In this document: positions 1-9,350 of the stretch, in pieces | Numbering within the stretch: position 1 is the stretch's first letter | Layout: each line of letters opens with the position of its first letter | Source: Barthelona sp. PCE | Lineage: Eukaryota | Length of the DNA: 64,000 nt | NCBI GenBank assembly: GCA_040285745.1 | Contig: JAUFOR010000002.1 | Coordinates: forward strand, 310,001 to 374,000 | Direction of reading: 5' to 3' | The notes under the pieces: model-generated | Databases searched by the model: none | What the model was told of the DNA's origin: nothing | The model's input: the letters and a program-made list of their open reading frames with translations, nothing else | Translations under genes and position numbers: made by a program

Positions 1-229
1 GATGGTTTGGTCAGAGGGCATCTGGCCGTCGTGCTGGATACCGTGCTCTAAGCAGAACAGCTCCCAACAGGCGTTACCAACCTGCTAAATATAAGTTTGA
101 TCACTATAAAAGCCAAATTGAAGAAATATTTGAACAAAATTTTTGTTGAAGTATTTTTCAAACATAAGGCTGTTGTTTTAAACATACAATACCGGCTTGA
201 CCGACGTGAATAGAAATGACTTCTCTCAT
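1..229 (-). CDS. TUBA: Alpha-tubulin, 5' part (exon 1 229-188, intron 187-85, exon 2 from 84 running off the window edge)
   Basis: Manual spliced translation gives MREVISIHVGQAGI|QVGNACWELFCLEHGIQHDGQMPSDQTI, the canonical alpha-tubulin N-terminus. Not in the ORF track. Confidence 0.98.
85..187 (-). other. Spliceosomal intron, 103 nt, phase 0, in alpha-tubulin
   Basis: GTATGT donor, ends ACTTATATTTAG; removal restores the conserved GQAGIQVGN. Confidence 0.95.
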
Positions 230-429
230 TGTACAAGTAAAGTTATATAAAAACCTTTGCAAGATATTCGTGAAAACTACACTTCCTACATCAGTTCACG
301 CATCTTAAATTTGCGTTTAAAGACATAAAAACGCAACGCGGTTTCCTTTACTGTTGAAAAATAGTTGCAGGTATTTTTTCACTTTTCAATGCTCATCAAT
401 ACAAACAACCATTTAAATAAGGTTTACTA

Positions 430-1824
430 TCACACGCTATTGCCATTATCATTCAAAAGAGGAGCAGAAACTTCACTTTCAGCATCACCATCCTTGGGAA
501 GTACAATCTTACCAGATACAGCAAAATTGAACAGAGAAATTATGGCACCGATGGCGAAAAGCCACACAGTATGGGTATCGTTATATTCAAAAGGATCTTT
601 AAACCAACCAAAAATAACTGCAATAATTGCAGAAAGAGCAGTCGAAATAAGCTGACCAATAACAATAGCAGCATTCAGGCAACCATTCCACACTCCAAGC
701 TTCTCCTCACCATACAACTTGAGCATAGCAAAAGGAAGAGCATTCATTGCAGAGAAACAGAAACCACAAATAGCACCAATACTGAATGAGAAGATGACGA
801 ACATTTTTTGAGAAATGAAGGAAGTTTTTTCAGGATCAAAGAAAATAACAACAATTACTAAAAGAACTTCACCTAAGAAACAACAGAAAAGAGAAATTGA
901 ATAAAACCGTTGAGATCCAATGCTCTTTGCCATTCCTTCACTGATTAAAGAAGCGACAAGGGTACCAGCGCCAAGACCTGCAAGAACAAGTGCACCAGAG
1001 TTCCACTTGAAGAAAACAGAAGCTTTGAGTTGAAGAGGGAACATGGCAATCCAGCTCAGTAAAACTGTTAAGGCAATGATTTGAACTTGTTTAGGAGACT
1101 GTTTCATGTCCTTAACAAGGCCAATGATAAGGTTATCTTTCTTCTTGAATTCAGTAACAACTTCTGCTTCTTCATCCTTGAGAGGTTCTTCATTTCCAAC
1201 GAAAATTGTAATAAGAGCAAAAAAGGCACAAAGAACCATGCTTACTAAACAAACCATCTTACAACTGTCCAATAAGTCTCCTTTTCCATCACTTGTTGCA
1301 AGAACGTATGCGATAACGTTAACGGCAATGTTGGACACGCCAATGATACACGAACAAATGGCGTTACCCTTGATCTGAATGCTCTCATTAGCGGGAAGTA
1401 TATCACCGATAAGAGCACGAGCACAAGGCATGACGATGTTTAGACCGATGTTAAGAATAGTGAGTCCAACCAATACTGATACGGTTGCCCACGTGTAGTT
1501 ATCTGCATCCTTCAGCATGATTGAGAGGACACCAAGAAGGAAAATACCAATGACAATCATGATCGTTCCCCAAATAATAAAAGGTCGTCTTCTACCTAAT
1601 TTTGACTTGTGACGATCTGATAACGTACCAACAATGGGGTTAACAAGAAGGCCTGCGAGTTGGCCGATGGTGAAACTAACGTCAGCTTCCCAAGAAGCCC
1701 AGTTTAGAGCTTCTTCCAGTTTCATAACAAAGAGAAAGGTAAGAGCGAAGCTCAACTGGATGGAAACCTGGATACTGTTCAAACCAAACAGTTCACTTGT
1801 CGTGTGAGTCTTTTTATGGTTCAT
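430..1824 (-). CDS. MFS sugar transporter, GPH family (SUT/SLC45/MalT-like)
   Basis: About 12 hydrophobic segments; GTLSDRHKSKLGRRRPFI loop motif; PCARALIGD; NAAIVIGQ. Confidence 0.85.
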   Translation of the reverse strand: MNHKKTHTTSELFGLNSIQVSIQLSFALTFLFVMKLEEALNWASWEADVSFTIGQLAGLLVNPIVGTLSDRHKSKLGRRRPFIIWGTIMIVIGIFLLGVLSIMLKDADNYTWATVSVLVGLTILNIGLNIVMPCARALIGDILPANESIQIKGNAICSCIIGVSNIAVNVIAYVLATSDGKGDLLDSCKMVCLVSMVLCAFFALITIFVGNEEPLKDEEAEVVTEFKKKDNLIIGLVKDMKQSPKQVQIIALTVLLSWIAMFPLQLKASVFFKWNSGALVLAGLGAGTLVASLISEGMAKSIGSQRFYSISLFCCFLGEVLLVIVVIFFDPEKTSFISQKMFVIFSFSIGAICGFCFSAMNALPFAMLKLYGEEKLGVWNGCLNAAIVIGQLISTALSAIIAVIFGWFKDPFEYNDTHTVWLFAIGAIISLFNFAVSGKIVLPKDGDAESEVSAPLLNDNGNSV

Positions 1825-2242
1825 TATGAGAATTTAAATATACCTAAACAAGAAACGTTAAAAATTTTTTAAAGGGTGGGGTTGGTTTTGAGGTGTGAAA
1901 AGCCCAGTCAAAAATAAACTGAAAGCAAGATTGTTAAGGGATAGAAATCACAAACAATCGATATCATTCTCAAAATTCTGTGTAAATCCAACTACGGTTT
2001 AATTGAGGAACAATTACTACTCAGAGAAATTTTCAGCTGTATACAATAAGCATAAGGGGAGATTGTGAAAGTTTTGATATATAACTTAGGTTTTGTGGCA
2101 AAATATACCACTAAATACTAAACAAAGTGAATAAAAACAGCAAAAAGCACATTACAAAAGCTCAAAATATACAACAGTCTAAGTGTATAAATTTTTTTTT
2201 GGTTTTTGTCTTGTTTTTTTACAGTTATTCACACACATACTA

Positions 2243-2878
2243 ATGAATTACGACGATCCCATCATTGTGCAACAGCAACTGGAGATGCTAAGACTTCAAG
2301 CCAGCCAACTCCTGGATACTCTTTCTCCAGAACTTAAGTATCATGACAAGGAACACAGTTTGAAGTGGGTTTATGAGGGTGTTTGTATTTTAACTGAACA
2401 CTTTCAAGTGCCTGCACGTGAAACTTTCTTGCTGAAAGTAGCAGCCTATTTCCACGATACGGGTTTTCTTGAACAATACGACAATAACGAACCTCTGGGT
2501 GCAAATATTGCAGAACGTGTACTGAAACAACACAATTATTCTACCGAAGACATAGATTTTGTAAGGGAAATGATTCTTGAAACAGCAATCTTCACCCGCA
2601 AAGAACCTTCATCTTTTTACGGTCAACTCATCCGTGATGCAGATATATATCACCTAAGCGTTTTTGAGGGGTATGAAGATCGTTGTTTAGGTTTAATGAA
2701 TGAACAAGTTGTTATTAAGGGTAGAGAATGGGCATCTAAGCTGGATTTTGTGAAAGAAAATAAGGAATTTGTTATATCTATGCTTAAATATCACACAGAT
2801 TATGCTAAAGAAAACTGGAGTGACAAAATGCTTAATGTTATGGATAGACTGGTACTTCAATTTGAAAATCCTCAATAA
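2243..2878 (+). CDS. HD-domain phosphohydrolase, bacterial-like
   Basis: YHDKEHS...AAYFHDTG...IRDAD metal-binding pattern; first ATG at 2243 (the track starts at an upstream GTG). Confidence 0.8.
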   Translation: MNYDDPIIVQQQLEMLRLQASQLLDTLSPELKYHDKEHSLKWVYEGVCILTEHFQVPARETFLLKVAAYFHDTGFLEQYDNNEPLGANIAERVLKQHNYSTEDIDFVREMILETAIFTRKEPSSFYGQLIRDADIYHLSVFEGYEDRCLGLMNEQVVIKGREWASKLDFVKENKEFVISMLKYHTDYAKENWSDKMLNVMDRLVLQFENPQ

Positions 2879-2927
2879 AGACTATTTATTTAATGAATAA
2901 AATAAAGGGGGAAAGGGGAGGAATATC

Positions 2928-4127
2928 TCACTCAGAATAAGCAAGCAAAATGCAGACAGCAACAACTTCAGCGGCCTTAAAAACATCTTCAACGCTTGGG
3001 TATGAGAAAGCAATGCGTAATACAGCGTCATTAGGATCGTTCTTATAAGGGTGAGTGGCACCAACGGGGGTAAGTGCAACACCAGCCTCTTTAGCCAATT
3101 CATATACGCGTGTTGCTTTGTTGGGGATCTGTAAGTAAATGAAGTAACCACCAAGAGGGCGGGTATACTCGATACCAGGAACCTCACTCAGCAAATCATC
3201 AAATACTTGAAGAACAGCATCTCTTTTGTCCTTCATAATTTTAGCATGCAATTTCATATGTTCAACAAGGTTTTCAATTTTTCCGTCAAAGAATTGGATG
3301 TGACGTGTCATGTTGATCTTATCAAAGCCAATGATAGAGACGCCCATCAACTTCTTGTACATGTTCATGTTGTCTTCAGACATACCCATGACAGCAACAC
3401 CAGCACCAGGGAATGTGATCTTGGAGGTTGATCCGAAGCAGAACACACGATTAGGGACGTCATTGTTCTTTGCAATGTTAAGGAAATCAACAACAGGAAC
3501 ATCCTTGTCAGCCTCAATAAAGTGATAGCGATAGGCATCATCGCAGAAGATACGGAATTGGGGACAGGCGTATTCAATGGTGACGATATCCTCAGCAACC
3601 TCTTGTGAGATTGAAAAGCCAGATGGATTAGAGTATTTGGGAACAATCCACATACCAACAACGGAGGGGTCGCTGGCAACTTCACGGAGATGGTCCATGT
3701 CGGGGCCGTCTTCGGTTAACTCGACAGGGATCATTTCAATGTCATATGTCTGACAAATGGTGAAGTGACGGTCATAACCGGGAACAAGACAAATGAACTT
3801 GGGGTTCTCGGGCCACATTCCATCAGTGGTACCCTTGAGGAGACAGAATGTCATCATAGTGTGCATGAGTTGAAGGGAAGATGAACCACCAACAAAACAT
3901 TCGTTTTCTTCAACATTAAGGTATTGAGAAAAGAACTTGATAGCCTCAGGGGTACCGTTAAGGAGACCGTAGTTACGATAGTCAGTCTTTCCCAAAAGGT
4001 CGTCATTGCTGATAATTCTAAGCATATCCCTAGAAAGCTCCAACTGGTCAGAGCCAGGCTTACCTCTGGTAAGCATAAGGTTCAGATTAGAGTCTACCAG
4101 CTCTTGATATTTGGTTTCAATGCTCAT
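2928..4127 (-). CDS. PLP-dependent aminotransferase, bacterial aspartate aminotransferase type (PF12897-like)
   Basis: LTRGKP, DYRNYGLLNG, VPGYDRHF, VPKYSNPSG, STSKITFPGAGV (PLP lysine), GGYFI, GATHPY motifs. Confidence 0.9.
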   Translation of the reverse strand: MSIETKYQELVDSNLNLMLTRGKPGSDQLELSRDMLRIISNDDLLGKTDYRNYGLLNGTPEAIKFFSQYLNVEENECFVGGSSSLQLMHTMMTFCLLKGTTDGMWPENPKFICLVPGYDRHFTICQTYDIEMIPVELTEDGPDMDHLREVASDPSVVGMWIVPKYSNPSGFSISQEVAEDIVTIEYACPQFRIFCDDAYRYHFIEADKDVPVVDFLNIAKNNDVPNRVFCFGSTSKITFPGAGVAVMGMSEDNMNMYKKLMGVSIIGFDKINMTRHIQFFDGKIENLVEHMKLHAKIMKDKRDAVLQVFDDLLSEVPGIEYTRPLGGYFIYLQIPNKATRVYELAKEAGVALTPVGATHPYKNDPNDAVLRIAFSYPSVEDVFKAAEVVAVCILLAYSE

Positions 4128-4494
4128 TATTGTGATAAAGTTGAAAAAAGATATTACAAACTACCACCAACCCTAAGTAGCACTAGACCTCTTAATACAG
4201 GTATTAATTACGTCACATGGTCCACACACCCACTAACTACAGAAAAGACAAGTGTTGTGACTAGATTCTTTACATAATTTTTGAATAATCAAAAATATGG
4301 TTTAGGAACTGCGAATGCTGCATCATCACCAGTATACATACATGTGGAAGAGTAGCAGACTGACTAAATCAATGCATGATGGGAGAAAAATTGAAGAACA
4401 GGAATGTCAGATATTTTGTGAAATCGCTCAAAAAACAGCATTTTTTGTGCTTCTGTACCGCATTTGTGAAATGAAATTTAAAAATAATTCAAAA

Positions 4495-4968
4495 CTACAT
4501 TGGTATAAACTGTTTCAGCATTGGCTCTAACATCTGACCAATTGGAGTGCTTATTAACGTCATTCCCTGGTCTACAATGTGTTTAGGGATGTCCTGTCCA
4601 GTTAAAAATGCAATAGCGTCCTGACTAAAATGGTTGCAGTTTTTACGAATGAGATCATAGTCATTCGGCTGCCAACAATCTGAAGATTCCCTCAGAAATT
4701 CCAAAAACAACTCCAAAGGTACCTCAGTAAAACCAATGGTTAACTTTTTTATGGGTGTACCAAATTGAGAGCATCCAGGTTCTGCCCATGAAATTCCAGC
4801 GATGCCAGTATTTCCGGGCATGCCACCTCCAAAGAAGAATTCCAAATTACTAAAGACTACGGAGCTGTGATAAACAGCTTCTGTCTGTATGCCCGTTAAA
4901 GAAGTAATCATTGGGCCACCTAAGCCCATGGATATATCATAAACATATAATTCAACAGATTGAGCCAT
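4495..4968 (-). CDS. DESI1: PPPDE/DeSI-1 deSUMOylating isopeptidase
   Basis: VELYVYDIS, YHSSVV (catalytic His), YDLIRKNCNHFS (catalytic Cys), STPIGQML. Confidence 0.9.
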   Translation of the reverse strand: MAQSVELYVYDISMGLGGPMITSLTGIQTEAVYHSSVVFSNLEFFFGGGMPGNTGIAGISWAEPGCSQFGTPIKKLTIGFTEVPLELFLEFLRESSDCWQPNDYDLIRKNCNHFSQDAIAFLTGQDIPKHIVDQGMTLISTPIGQMLEPMLKQFIPM

Positions 4969-5205
4969 AATAAAACAAGATCAATGGATAATACAAAATA
5001 CAGTTTCTGATCTTGTAATATGCCAGAAAAAAATTACTCACACTTATTCAAGTGACGATATCTGCAGACTGAAGATGCAAAAACAAACTGAAAGTCCTGT
5101 TTTTCCAAAAAACTCTTTCATCCGAATTTTCTTAGCTATTTTTCAGCTAAAAAATCGGCATATCTGTTTTAGCATAAGCAACATACTTAAACTTGAATAA
5201 TAATC

Positions 5206-6288
5206 ATGCAAAGTCCCAGACGTAAATTTTATCGAAAAGATAAGGGTAAAATGTTTAAAGTTTGTCTTTTAATACTTTCTATTATCGTTCCAGTTACCGT
5301 AACAGTTCTTAATTGGTCTATTTATGGCGTAAGACATATGAAATTTTCATATCCCATAACTGCTACTTTCATTCAATGGGTAGGTGCATTTATCCTTTTG
5401 AGTATCATTAATGGGTTCTTTGGGCCACGTAATCAAAGTGGAATAGATCTTCATGGAAATATTGTTGATTCAAAGTTTTTTTCACGTGGTTTTTGGAAGA
5501 AGTTTCAACTTTATTTCTTCCCAAGTCTTGTCTATGGTCTTGAAATTATTGGAATGAACGTTGGACTCTTTTATATGTCAATTTCTTACTCAAAAATCCT
5601 TCGATCAATTAAAATTTTTTTCACAATGTTACTTTCACGAATATTTCTTAAGAAGCAGATCCACAAGTATCAAATTATAGCGGTGATACTGTCGTGGTTA
5701 TCATTTTTGAGCATCTTTTTAAGTTTTGTTACAGGTGATATATATCATAATTTTAGAGATGCACCAAAGGCATTCATTATGAACTCCATTGCTTCTTTTC
5801 TGGGCGCTGTCTTCTTAGTATCATTAGCAAAGGCAAATACCAAAGCGAATCAAGAATTACCCATTAAAATGACCTCGTTACAGACATCGGAGCTTATGAT
5901 GTTCTGGATGTCGCTTGTGATGCTTCCACTCAGCCTTGTGTTTGAACCAACCGCTATTTTGGAGTTATTTGATGTCGACAAGAAAGTCTTGATACTGTTA
6001 GGTTTTGCAACAGTTTTTACTCTCATTAATAAGGTTATTGTGTTTACTATCGTAAAACACTTCACCCCTGTCACAGTTATGTTCATCACGCAACTAAGAG
6101 TCATTCCAGAGATAATTATAGATAGTATTTTTTTCCACAAGTATGATTTCCAAATTTATTTTGTTTTTTCAATTCTTTTCATGTTACTATCATCAGTTCT
6201 GTACAGGTATGGATCGGTAATGATGACTCCAAGGAGGGAAACAATCCCACTTCTCTTAGAAACAAAGGATGCTACGGATCTTTTTTAA
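5206..6288 (+). CDS. Nucleotide-sugar/triose-phosphate transporter family (SLC35/DMT)
   Basis: About 10 TM segments; FSYPITATFIQ, NVGLFYMSISYSKILRS, FTPVTVM patterns. Confidence 0.8.
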   Translation: MQSPRRKFYRKDKGKMFKVCLLILSIIVPVTVTVLNWSIYGVRHMKFSYPITATFIQWVGAFILLSIINGFFGPRNQSGIDLHGNIVDSKFFSRGFWKKFQLYFFPSLVYGLEIIGMNVGLFYMSISYSKILRSIKIFFTMLLSRIFLKKQIHKYQIIAVILSWLSFLSIFLSFVTGDIYHNFRDAPKAFIMNSIASFLGAVFLVSLAKANTKANQELPIKMTSLQTSELMMFWMSLVMLPLSLVFEPTAILELFDVDKKVLILLGFATVFTLINKVIVFTIVKHFTPVTVMFITQLRVIPEIIIDSIFFHKYDFQIYFVFSILFMLLSSVLYRYGSVMMTPRRETIPLLLETKDATDLF

Positions 6289-6311
6289 GAATTTGCCGAA
6301 TTTTACTTTTT

Positions 6312-9300
6312 CTAATAGTGAATCACTAAATAGAAGGCAAGCAGTGCAATCGCGCGCCAGAGTAAGTTGGGTCGATGCATAAAGAAAGAACCGCCTGAGA
6401 ACGGGGTGGTGGGTGGTTTGTACTCCCCTCCACCATGTGATAATGGCTGTGAGCAATCAGGTGCCCCCCAGTTTATATCACACAGACACACACCGTTCAT
6501 ACATAAACCGTGAGATGTGCAGAAGTTGTGATCACTACAATCACCTGATGTTTCCTCACCATCATCCTCAGTACCGCTGTTTGTGTCGCCAACAGCAGAA
6601 TTAGGCCACATAGTCAACGCGATCTTCTCAATGAAGACTGGACTGGGGATGTCAGACATTACATGAATGGACGCTGTACCGGAAGGCGTAAACTCATCGA
6701 GTCTCCATATGTTCACTGCAACGTCAGTGATGGATCTTGCTGATACAGGGCTCAGAAGCGACGACTGTATTGCGTTGTTATTTGCATCATAATAAACTAT
6801 GCGAATTATTCCTGCGACATTAGAGATAAATATTCCGCTTATTTTCTCTATCATCACCTGGGGTTTAATAATAAAGTATGCATCATCAGCGCCCGAAGCA
6901 CCATTGATGGCCAGGAGGCGAAATGACTCGTGTACAGCATAAGACGTGGCCGATGGAGCTACACTGACAAGCTTAAGGTAATCTGCATCTCCTGCGTATC
7001 TCTGGCACTCAATAACAAGCCCTAAGTGGTCAAATTGGCCCCCATCAATTTCAATAATGCTGTCTTCTGTGGCAGCAGACTCCAAAACAGGTACGTTGAA
7101 CGAAATATCAAAAGAAATCTTTGCTGCCAAGTTCCGATCTAAGGTCCAGCATGAATCTCCTTTGAATCCTCTGTTGCATGCACACATAGATGATATACAC
7201 TGTCCATACGGGGAGCAACCACCAGGACATGCTCTCGTGACTGGTACACTACAATCTGCTCCAATATACCCAGGGTGACACTCACACTTCCCATCCATGC
7301 ACTTCCCATGTGAAGAACAGTCATTGATGCACGTTTTCAGCTGACAATGTTCTCCACTACGACCTGCCTGACACAAACAAATGTTTGTATCAGTGCATTT
7401 ACCTCCGTTACAGTCAGCATCAACATGGCAACTGATTGGTACCTCCACAGTATCACAGGGTGCCCATTCGGCTAGAGAACTCTTGATAAAACCGTTGAAA
7501 CAGTCACAGATCTTACGATTCATTCTAATCTTGCATCTTCCGTACTGACAGTCCAAATTGCACTCATATATAGTTGGCTCGTTACAGATTGAACCACTGT
7601 AGTTTGCATTACATATGCACTTTTTCGAAATAGAATCACAGTATCCGTGAACACACGGAGGGCATCCAAGGAATACAGGGACATACGAAAGCTCGCACGT
7701 CTCTCCGAAAAATGGAAACGTACATATGCAATGCCCGTTCATACAGTACCCTCTATCCTTGTTGCACAGCGCAGAGCAAGATGCCTCAGTTTCACCTTCT
7801 CCAACAACATTAATCTCGTCAGTGTCAGTGTCAGTCGTATTCTGAATTGGTTTCGTTCCATTATCGATGGAGACGGATGTATCGTTAGTGATGATAGTGT
7901 CGTTGGTCGTGACAAGAGGCTGATCAACCACTGTGTTGTTAGTATCAATAAAAGTGTTGTTAGTTTCAATTAAAGTGTTGTTAGTGTCAACCAATGTGTT
8001 GTTAGTATCAACCAATGTGTTGTTAGTTTCAATCAAAGTGTTGTTAGTGTCAACCACTGTGTTGTTAGTATCAACCAATGTGTTGTTAGTTTCAATTAAA
8101 GTGTTGTTAGTGTCAACCACTGTGTTGTTAGTTTCAATTAAAGTGTTGTTAGTTTCAATCAAAGTGTGGTTCAAAGTTGTTTCATTATAAACGCTGTTGT
8201 TGTCTATTGGCGCTGCAATTGTGCCATTTGTGAATACTAATTCATCACCACTGCCATTGTTCACCGTAATTGTGTCGTTAACAACAGTAGTTTTGTTAAC
8301 AACGACAACATTCGAGTCAGTTACATTGCTCAGTGTGTCATTAGCATTGTCAACTGATGAGTTCATCACATTCACTGTTGAGTTTACCAACGAAACATCA
8401 TTAATCAGTGTCTTGTTATTATCCACACTTTCTGTAGTATTCAATACAGGCTCAGAAATGTTACTCGCTGTGATATTAACTGTTAGAAGCGTGATATTGA
8501 CTGATTGCTCTGTTGCATTTATGACTGGCGGAAGGATATCATTGATATGCGGTTCAGTAATGTTTGACACTAGGGATAAAGTGCCACTATTTAAGGGCTC
8601 AGTTAGGTTCAACTCAAGCAGCGAAGTAACAACTTCAGCTTCGTTAATTCCATCATTGCTTGGGAGCCCATTAGAGGCTTCTATGTCCCAATACAGAAGG
8701 GGGCTTGCATTAGCTATCTGCAAAGCTTCATCAATGAAAACATCATACACTATGTCACATTTTTTGGACGCAACTAGCCATCTATTGTCTCCACTGCTCA
8801 CAGTAATCAAATCTGATGGCCGGGGAGAGTACTCAGGTGCGATTTTTCCATGATCAGAGCTGAAAGAAACGACAAACGGTATTTTTTGAAACTCATAAAC
8901 ATGTTTTCCAAAACAGATGAGTTCAATGGGCACACACCTCGCGCTGTTGCCGTTGAAAATGATGATTTTCGACTCGTGTTTTGAGGAGAGCAATGGTAGA
9001 AACTGTCGGCCCAAAACTTGGCAAAAACTTGGTATCTTAGCCGAGAATGTCAACGTTAATATACCAAAAGCCCTTGTATGTACATCCATATTGATGTTCT
9101 GAGGAAGAATACCAAGACCAATGTCTTTATCACAAACATACATAATTGAATTCGAGCTACAATTGAATTCAAAGATGTATGAATCATGAATCGTTATCTT
9201 ACTGCAATCCATTACTATCTCACACATTGTATTTTGCTGTAAATGGAATAGAACTAAAGAGCCCCGGTGAATATCTGTAATTTTGCCCGTTTCAAGAGAA

Positions 9301-9350
9301 ACTGCTCCAAAAAGTAATGCAAATAGAAGAATAAGTGAGACCAAGTACAT
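6312..9350 (-). CDS. Surface protein with tenascin-type EGF repeats, N-glycan-rich stalk and GPI-like C-terminal signal
   Basis: Signal peptide MYLVSLILLFALLFGAVS; CINDCSSHGKCMDGKCECHPGYIGADCS-type repeats; many NxT/S sequons; hydrophobic C-terminus. Confidence 0.8.
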   Translation of the reverse strand: MYLVSLILLFALLFGAVSLETGKITDIHRGSLVLFHLQQNTMCEIVMDCSKITIHDSYIFEFNCSSNSIMYVCDKDIGLGILPQNINMDVHTRAFGILTLTFSAKIPSFCQVLGRQFLPLLSSKHESKIIIFNGNSARCVPIELICFGKHVYEFQKIPFVVSFSSDHGKIAPEYSPRPSDLITVSSGDNRWLVASKKCDIVYDVFIDEALQIANASPLLYWDIEASNGLPSNDGINEAEVVTSLLELNLTEPLNSGTLSLVSNITEPHINDILPPVINATEQSVNITLLTVNITASNISEPVLNTTESVDNNKTLINDVSLVNSTVNVMNSSVDNANDTLSNVTDSNVVVVNKTTVVNDTITVNNGSGDELVFTNGTIAAPIDNNSVYNETTLNHTLIETNNTLIETNNTVVDTNNTLIETNNTLVDTNNTVVDTNNTLIETNNTLVDTNNTLVDTNNTLIETNNTFIDTNNTVVDQPLVTTNDTIITNDTSVSIDNGTKPIQNTTDTDTDEINVVGEGETEASCSALCNKDRGYCMNGHCICTFPFFGETCELSYVPVFLGCPPCVHGYCDSISKKCICNANYSGSICNEPTIYECNLDCQYGRCKIRMNRKICDCFNGFIKSSLAEWAPCDTVEVPISCHVDADCNGGKCTDTNICLCQAGRSGEHCQLKTCINDCSSHGKCMDGKCECHPGYIGADCSVPVTRACPGGCSPYGQCISSMCACNRGFKGDSCWTLDRNLAAKISFDISFNVPVLESAATEDSIIEIDGGQFDHLGLVIECQRYAGDADYLKLVSVAPSATSYAVHESFRLLAINGASGADDAYFIIKPQVMIEKISGIFISNVAGIIRIVYYDANNNAIQSSLLSPVSARSITDVAVNIWRLDEFTPSGTASIHVMSDIPSPVFIEKIALTMWPNSAVGDTNSGTEDDGEETSGDCSDHNFCTSHGLCMNGVCLCDINWGAPDCSQPLSHGGGEYKPPTTPFSGGSFFMHRPNLLWRAIALLAFYLVIHY
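7923..8165 (-). repeat. Coding 21-bp minisatellite, 11 full units plus one partial, with a 63-bp higher-order period
   Basis: Encodes T(L/V/F)(I/V)(E/D)TNN repeats; plus-strand unit resembles GTTGTTAGTTTCAATTAAAGT. Confidence 0.97.

Noticed and set aside
48-236. 62-aa minus-strand ORF in the track
   Set aside because: Out-of-frame artefact crossing tubulin exon 1 and its intron.
7923-8165. Possible CRISPR-like array
   Set aside because: Head-to-tail repeats with no unique spacers, in frame within a eukaryotic CDS, and no cas genes.
7933-8853. Plus-strand ORFs with VLLVSIK repeats (85 and 218 aa)
   Set aside because: Antisense shadow of the Asn/Thr-rich repeat region of the EGF protein.
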